The notes below the pieces were generated by a model. That model made no database searches, was not told the origin of the DNA, and saw only the letters and a program-made list of their open reading frames with translations. From an uncultured Gammaproteobacteria bacterium (GTDB lineage: Bacteria > Pseudomonadota > Gammaproteobacteria > DRLM01), in NCBI GenBank assembly GCA_963729605.1, contig CAVSNY010000006.1, forward strand, positions 384,001 to 448,000: a stretch of 64,000 bases of DNA, in the 5' to 3' direction. The position numbers and the translations under genes were made by a program. The first letter of the stretch is position 1, and every line of letters starts with the position of its first letter. Positions 58,225 through 64,000 of this stretch are shown here, piece by piece.

Positions 58225-58911
58225 CTAACGCCAGGGATTCTTAAGCGTGGCGTCGCTCAACGGCGGCGACCAATCCGCGGGCTTGGGCTTGGAGTGGCAC
58301 TTGGAGCAGGTCTTGGTGGTGATCGGGAAAGAAACCTTGCCATGACACACACCGCACTTCTGTCCCAACAGAATGGCCGACATATTGATTTGGTTGGCCC
58401 CTTTCTGCGGGATGAAGATGGCGGGATGACAGTTGGCGCAGGACAGCCATTCGGTGTGTTGACGATGGGGGAACACCACGTCCGGCACCGAGGCCTTCAC
58501 CTCGCGGACGATATCCATGTCCATCACGAAGGGCTCTTCGCTGGAATCGATACGGTCCCAGCGGGGTGAGAGCTTCTTCTCGTCGATGGCCTTCACCCAG
58601 TCGACATGATTGCCGAACTCGGTGGTGGGCAGACCTTTATAGGCCTCCTTAGGCGGCTGGAGAATATGGGTGCCTTCGTTCTCCGGATCGTGATAGCCGC
58701 TCTCCGGCGGCGCCGCGTTGGGATCCTTTTCCTTCTTCAAATTGCGGTTGAAGGTGTTGGAGGACGAGACATCGGCGAGCATCAAGCGTTCGCCGGGCGC
58801 CGCCTGCTGCATGGCACCACTAAACAGACCCGCGTCCGCGGCGAAGGCGGAAGCAGAAACCAGCAGGGTCAACACCGCTGATCCTACAAAGATTTTCAAT
58901 TGTTGTGTCAT
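58225..58911 (-). CDS. Periplasmic triheme c7-like cytochrome (UetE-like)
   Basis: Signal peptide ending AFA; VVFPHRQH, CANCH, CGVCH, CSKCH; GAGGAG RBS. Confidence 0.92.
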   Translation of the reverse strand: MTQQLKIFVGSAVLTLLVSASAFAADAGLFSGAMQQAAPGERLMLADVSSSNTFNRNLKKEKDPNAAPPESGYHDPENEGTHILQPPKEAYKGLPTTEFGNHVDWVKAIDEKKLSPRWDRIDSSEEPFVMDMDIVREVKASVPDVVFPHRQHTEWLSCANCHPAIFIPQKGANQINMSAILLGQKCGVCHGKVSFPITTKTCSKCHSKPKPADWSPPLSDATLKNPWR

Positions 58912-58935
58912 GACCACGCTCCTCACATTGACCGG

Positions 58936-59382
58936 TTACTGTTTGGCAGGCTGTTGTGGAGCGTTGAGCGCCTTATAAGGTGGCGACACTAGACGCTGCA
59001 CGGTGCTCCCGTGAATGTGGGTCGGCGTGCCAGGTATGCCGGAATGGCACATATTGCAGTTCTCCACGGACCAAGCCACCTCCCCGTTATGGCAAGCGCC
59101 GCAGAATTTACCGTCGATGATCTTGGCCATGGTGATCTTGTTGCCGCCGGCTTTGAACTCGAATCCCAGGTCGGCATGACAGACCTTGCAAGTGAAACGA
59201 ATACGATGAAACCAGTGCGGGAATACCACGGGACGCATACCGGCCGCGTCGGCGTAATTATTAATGATCACATCGGCATATTCCGCTTTGGCGGGGGTCA
59301 TGGCCAGCAGGGCCAGTCCCGCTAACACCCCCAAAATGGAAAATCTCCATTTGATGCTACGGTCGGCTTTGTAGGACGTCAT
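58936..59382 (-). CDS. Periplasmic triheme c7-like cytochrome (UetD-like)
   Basis: Signal peptide ending AKA; VVFPHWFH, CKVCH, CGACH, CNMCH; GAGGAG RBS. Confidence 0.92.
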   Translation of the reverse strand: MTSYKADRSIKWRFSILGVLAGLALLAMTPAKAEYADVIINNYADAAGMRPVVFPHWFHRIRFTCKVCHADLGFEFKAGGNKITMAKIIDGKFCGACHNGEVAWSVENCNMCHSGIPGTPTHIHGSTVQRLVSPPYKALNAPQQPAKQ

Positions 59383-59460
59383 GCACGGTCTCCTCGGTTA
59401 ATTTGACGTATTATAATTAATCACCAGCAAACGTGGTAATGGTTTCAAAGAGCAACCCCA

Positions 59461-61212
59461 TTAAAATCGGCGCATCACGCGAAAGTATAAGAGCTGCGAA
59501 GCCTCGTGGCCGTTATCCATCCATCTGAAACTCAGGCTGGCGTCCACCAATCCGATGGTGTAATTCAGGCGGTTTTCCCATTCGTTGCGATCCAAACCCT
59601 CACCCGTGGAGGCTTGCGAGAGCCGCAGGTCGGAGTTGAATTGCAGGCGCGGAATACTGAACAGGGTTTGCTGAAGATAACTGATCTGACCGGTGGTGGT
59701 GGTCACCGAGCCGTCATTGGCTCCACCGGAGAAATCGCGCACCACCGTCTGCAACGTCAAATGGCCCGACAACGTGCTGCGCGCACCCAAGGCCTGATAA
59801 CGCGAGGCCTGCAAATTCACCAGCTGCTGCTCATCGCTCAGATCACCGAAATTACGCGAATCCGACAAGGTGAGTTGCACCAGGGTGGTCGCACCCTGAG
59901 TGGACGACTGATTCCAGCCCAAGCTTGCGCTGTGATCCAGGCGATGCTGAGTGGCCTCATCACCGGTGGTCAACACCTCGTTGAAGGCCTGAGTCAGACC
60001 CACGCGCAAAGACGATTGCGGGTCCAGCATCCACATCCTCTGCGCATCGTGACCCAATGAGGCCTGTAACGACTGGACGTTTTCATCCACGTCGCTCTGG
60101 TTTTCCAGCGCGCCGCTGACATACCACTGATACGTAAAACTCCGCCATTCGATCAGATCGGATTGCAGCAGGGCGCCAAGTCGCTGGCGATGCAGGGTTT
60201 GATTGGCGCCATTGATATCCGACTGACTGAAATTGGCGCTGCCGTCAAAGCGCAGCCGTTTCGAATATTGATAGAAGGCGCCCGCCGTCGCGCCGAAGCT
60301 GGCTTGATCGCTGGATTGCGCGGAATTTTCGCCGGCCATGGTATAGGCGCGCGCGCCCGCGCTGACCGTCCAGCGTTTATCGACCGGCCGCCAGAACGTG
60401 AAGCTGGATACCTGGTTGATTTCCGTGGTGACGGTATCCACCAAGCCGGTCGCCCCTTCGAAGGTGGTATCGAGATGGTAATGGCTGGCCTTGGTGTCGA
60501 GCCGGATATCCTCGTTGGGGAAATAATAATGATCGACGTCGAGAATGAAATTTTCTTGGTGGCGATCGGTGCGCGACTGATCGGTGGTTTCTATATTGCC
60601 GCGGAACAACAAGCGCTGGCGGACCGGCCGCCAGTCCAATTCCACGCCCATAATTTCGTTTTCATAGGTACCGCTCAGGTCCGAATCCCAGGTGCGCGCA
60701 CCATATCGCAACTGGGCGCGATGGCCTTCTTCGGTGATGTACGATTGCCGCAAATCCAAATTGGTGGTTTGGTATTCCGAACCGAACACCCGCACCAGCG
60801 GGTTGTAGACCACGGTATTGTCCACCCGGCTGTCGGTGGCTTGATACAACAAGCGGAAAGGGGTGCGGCTGTCCGGCAACACGTTGAGCATCAGGTCGCC
60901 GGAATACACGTCCGAGGTGGTGCTGGTGCTGGCGTTGCCGTCGTCCAGGTCCGAGCTGTCCTTGGCCAGGGTGGCGCCGCCCTCGACGGTGGCGAACCAC
61001 GGCTGCCAGATATAAGAGCGTAAGCGCAGATTTCCCAACAACTGGTTGCTGGTGGCGTCGGTGGTATCGGTGCTGAGCGAACGGAAACTGTAACCCACGC
61101 TGCCTGACACATCCACGGGCAAGGCGCGCGCCGCGGGGCACACGGACACCAGCGCCACCAGCGCCAAGCCCTGGGTGACGTGAGATGCGAACGCAGCACA
61201 GACCCGTCTCAT
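59461..61212 (-). CDS. Large outer-membrane beta-barrel (UetB/C-like)
   Basis: Signal peptide ending ARA; about 580 aa of Ser/Thr/Gln-rich amphipathic strands; C-terminal LYFRVMRRF ends in Phe (BAM signal). Confidence 0.85.
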   Translation of the reverse strand: MRRVCAAFASHVTQGLALVALVSVCPAARALPVDVSGSVGYSFRSLSTDTTDATSNQLLGNLRLRSYIWQPWFATVEGGATLAKDSSDLDDGNASTSTTSDVYSGDLMLNVLPDSRTPFRLLYQATDSRVDNTVVYNPLVRVFGSEYQTTNLDLRQSYITEEGHRAQLRYGARTWDSDLSGTYENEIMGVELDWRPVRQRLLFRGNIETTDQSRTDRHQENFILDVDHYYFPNEDIRLDTKASHYHLDTTFEGATGLVDTVTTEINQVSSFTFWRPVDKRWTVSAGARAYTMAGENSAQSSDQASFGATAGAFYQYSKRLRFDGSANFSQSDINGANQTLHRQRLGALLQSDLIEWRSFTYQWYVSGALENQSDVDENVQSLQASLGHDAQRMWMLDPQSSLRVGLTQAFNEVLTTGDEATQHRLDHSASLGWNQSSTQGATTLVQLTLSDSRNFGDLSDEQQLVNLQASRYQALGARSTLSGHLTLQTVVRDFSGGANDGSVTTTTGQISYLQQTLFSIPRLQFNSDLRLSQASTGEGLDRNEWENRLNYTIGLVDASLSFRWMDNGHEASQLLYFRVMRRF

Positions 61213-61513
61213 TGTTATTATCGCGCGCCCCTCAGTGACATATCCCCTCGAAGCCTCCACCCGGCGCTCCCCCGGATGGCGAGCTACAACGCGCGCGCGG
61301 ACATTGCCCCCGTCCGCCGTCGTGCGCATTGCCGCGCGCCGTAAATTTTTTCACCTTAAGCGACCTCGCACCTCAATGCAAGATCACTCGCCCTCAACGA
61401 CCGGCGCCACTCATTTTTAATCGCCTAGCGGCGCCCACTCTCCCTTGCCCGCCCTGATGTCGCCCGACAATCCCTCCTTGATCGGGACTGAAAATTAATA
61501 CATCGGCCGCAAT

Positions 61514-62329
61514 TTATTTATTATGACAAGTTAAACACACGGCGCTGCCCGCTGGGTCAACGCGAAGGAAAGTGGGGGTCTCATCCACGTGGGGATCATG
61601 GCAGGAGCCGCACTCCACATAAGGCTGCGCCTCGCCCGCATACGCCCCCCGCGTCGCCACCCGGGTATACAGCTTCATATCGGTACGTTCGAAGGATTGA
61701 GTCCCCTCGGGGGTATTGACCCACCACACCCGGCTGGTGCCCATGATCTCTGAATTGGCGGGATGAAAATCCCGGTCCGCGCCCGGTCCGCCCGCGTTCG
61801 ACAGTGAATAACCACCACCCGCGTATTGAATACCGATAGGATGGTCGTTGGTGAGATCCTTGCCCAAATTAGTGATCACCGCCGGCCGGCCGATGCGGCC
61901 TTGCGCGGGCCGCGCCTGTCCGCTCCAGGCCCCGTTGCGAAAACCGGGCACCTGCACGCCGGAGCCCGGCTCGTTGATCAAGGTATCCATGGCTTGCGTG
62001 CCGTCGTGGCAGGAAAGGCAGGCGACCGAGACCGAACCTATCGGCTCGATGGACCCATCGAGGGTGGTGGTGCCGAGTTGATCGTAGGTTTCGTAGCCGG
62101 TGGGGTCGATGTTGCGGTTCCATAATGGAACGGCCGCGCTGGCGTTGGCCCCATGAGGCGTATGACAAAATACGCAGATCTCCCGCGTGCCGTCGATATT
62201 GCTCACGGCATTCAGCCCCCCCGCACTCAAGTTGTGCTTGGTATTAAATACGCCGCCGAGGCTCACGCCCCCCGCCAACCACAGCAGCGTCGCTCCGGCA
62301 AAAACCAAAGCGCGATAACCGGTTTTCAT
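61514..62329 (-). CDS. Tetraheme cytochrome c, OmcE-like (UetA position)
   Basis: Signal peptide; NTKHNLS, ICVFCHTPH, PLWNR, CLSCHDG, NLGKDLTNDHP, ECGSCHDPH, FLR, CLTCHNK. Confidence 0.9.
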   Translation of the reverse strand: MKTGYRALVFAGATLLWLAGGVSLGGVFNTKHNLSAGGLNAVSNIDGTREICVFCHTPHGANASAAVPLWNRNIDPTGYETYDQLGTTTLDGSIEPIGSVSVACLSCHDGTQAMDTLINEPGSGVQVPGFRNGAWSGQARPAQGRIGRPAVITNLGKDLTNDHPIGIQYAGGGYSLSNAGGPGADRDFHPANSEIMGTSRVWWVNTPEGTQSFERTDMKLYTRVATRGAYAGEAQPYVECGSCHDPHVDETPTFLRVDPAGSAVCLTCHNK

Positions 62330-62612
62330 CACTCGCCCCTTTAAAGGGTTTTCCGCCGTCAGATTTTGTCAACTTAGGCGCTAAGTTACAAGTGTTTAAA
62401 CTGACTATGGCCATCGGCGCGCAAAACCTTGTGATTCGCCCGCTTCCAAAGTTAGTCAAAACGGCGCGGGAGCCGAAAATGACCGCGCATCAAAACCAGC
62501 GGCCGCGGCCCTTCCCGTCTCAACGCCTCATCAAACGCGCTTGATTATTTTAGCGACGTCGCCTGACAGTGGAGCAACCGTTGACCGTTCACATCCAACC
62601 GGACATATCGAC

Positions 62613-62645
62613 ATAAAAAAGGGCGCCTGCAGGCGCCCTTTTTTC
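62613..62645. terminator. Bidirectional terminator after the porin
   Basis: AAAAAAGGGCGCC-TGCA-GGCGCCCTTTTTT. Confidence 0.85.
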
Positions 62646-62663
62646 TCATGCCTCGGTTCCAAC

Positions 62664-63710
62664 TTATTTCGAAGAAAATTTATGGTTGATACCCAATGAC
62701 AGGGCCGACGCATCCTGGCCGGTCACCGAGTTCAACCTGGTCAAGTCATAATTGCCATTGTCGCCATTGCTCATCAGGTTGTACATCGCGTACAACTCGG
62801 TGTTCTTGGTGAAGTTGCGAAACACGCCCAAGGCGAAATGGGTGGCGCCGGAATCGGCCTCCGAGTCTTTTTCATCGGCCATGGCGACCGAACCCTTCAG
62901 CGTATAACCCTCCAGCTTATGGGCCACGCTCACCAGAAAGGCATTGCGCTGATTGTCGGCGCCGCCCTCATCGGCGCTTTCAAAAATCGCCCCCACCGTG
63001 GTGGGACCGAAGGCATAGCTGCCGCCCACCTTCATGGCCACCGCATCGTCGCCGTTGGTGTGATAGGCATTGAGCGACTCGTAAGCGGCGGTGAGGTACC
63101 AGGGACCGCTGTTGTAACTGCCGTTCACGCTGTAGACATCGCGATCGCTCTACCGCGTGGTCATGGGCAGATCGTCATCGCCCCGATGATCGGCAAACAC
63201 ATAGCCCAGCATCGCGCTGAAGCCGTTCATGCTCGGCGTCGTGTAGATGATAATGTTGGAGGCGCGGCGATCGAACAATTTATTGCCGTCGTCCACGCTG
63301 CCGATGATGGCGTTGAAATCGCCCTTGGTCTCGGCAAAGATATCCAGCTTGGAGGTGGCCCTTTTATAGGGGGTATCGTGTTTGCCCGCCAGCACCTGAC
63401 CAAATCCGCCCGTCAGACCCACAAAGGTGTTGCGCTGGCTGCTGAACGCCGCGCCGTCGTCAAAATCCACCTGCTGCTCGATCTGCCACAAGGCGGCGAG
63501 TCCGTTACCCAAATCCTCGTCGCCCTTGAAACCCAGACGGGAATCGTAGCTGGTCAGACTAATGGCGCTGTCTTCATTGCCCGCCGTGGGGTCATTATTG
63601 TTATTGAAATCCAACGAGACATAAGCCGCCCCATACACCTCCACGCCGGCCTGCGCCAACGGCGCCATCATGGCAGCCACGACACCCGCGGCGATCATAT
63701 GTTTATTCAT
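62664..63710 (-). pseudogene. General trimeric porin (Porin_4 type) interrupted by an in-frame TAG at 63150-63152
   Basis: MNKHMIAAGV...AQA, SRLGFKGDEDLGNGL, RNTFVGL.GGFG; the frame continues after TAG as SDRDVYSVNGSY...GINHKFSSK. Confidence 0.85.
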
Positions 63711-63891
63711 TATTCCCCCTCGACTATATTGAACCCCGTCTAAATCAACCCCGTCGATCAAAAACCGCCTTGCGCCGCGCGCTGGTCTGATGTTGATATC
63801 TTCCCGTGAAAAATCAGCACGGTAATCGCTCAACAGTCTAACAGTAGCGCATAGCCGCCTTTGTCACAACGCTCTCCTGCATGCGTTTCTC

Positions 63892-63917
63892 AAAAAAAAG
63901 GCGCCCGCAGGCGCCTT
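63892..63917 (-). terminator. Terminator after the upstream porin
   Basis: AAAAAAAAGGCGCC-CGCA-GGCGCCTT, similar to the terminator at 62613. Confidence 0.75.
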
Positions 63918-63939
63918 CTCATTCTTGGACAGTGAAGAT

Positions 63940-64000
63940 TTATTTGGAGGAGAAATTATGGTTGATACCGACAGATATCGCCGAGACACTCTTGTCGGCA
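63940..64000 (-). CDS. 3' end of a second, paralogous porin
   Basis: ADKSVSAISVGINHNFSSK* mirrors ASALSLGINHKFSSK* of the downstream porin. Confidence 0.8.
   Translation of the reverse strand, partial: ADKSVSAISVGINHNFSSK

Noticed and set aside
63150-63152. Amber recoding or pyrrolysine in the porin
   Set aside because: TAG ends several intact genes here (sspA, sspB, the 56409 and 58225 genes), and no pyl genes or suppressor tRNA are in the window.
1-64000. CRISPR array, prophage, rRNA
   Set aside because: I saw no repeat-spacer array, cas, phage structural, integrase or rRNA sequence.

Overview
High-GC chromosomal segment of a chemolithoautotrophic gammaproteobacterium (taxonomy inferred from gene content and order). 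From left to right: the start of the dcw cluster (mraZ-rsmH-ftsL-ftsI), RNase P RNA, rsmI/lpoA/yraN/dolP, sspAB, djlA, a Cu P1B-ATPase with a cupredoxin, an HDOD protein, glucan phosphorylase and a patatin. Directly downstream of cbbR lies a five-gene copper/redox operon: CutF-like leader, Tat two-domain multicopper oxidase, outer-membrane barrel, His-rich periplasmic protein and cytochrome c. Then come form IA RuBisCO cbbLSQO, birA-coaX and tRNA-Thr, followed by an AT-rich decayed island (tRNA-Phe att scar, GNAT toxin-antitoxin, broken nuclease), uvrA2, an intact IS5, an S8 protease, rlmKL and OmpA/DUF4398/Crp genes. The standout is a 14-kb, 12-gene cluster (48.3-62.3 kb) carrying 24 CxxCH motifs and matching the Uet (undecaheme electron transfer) layout. 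Its first gene resembles the Geobacter nanowire cytochrome OmcE, and the same tetraheme module begins the 11-heme protein. The cluster also has a beta-barrel, two beta-propeller lipoproteins, its own ResB/CcsA heme ligase and a lipoprotein with an apparent blue-copper site. I infer a candidate cytochrome-nanowire electron-uptake system in a CO2 fixer. All family assignments come from motif recognition and memory; no searches were run.
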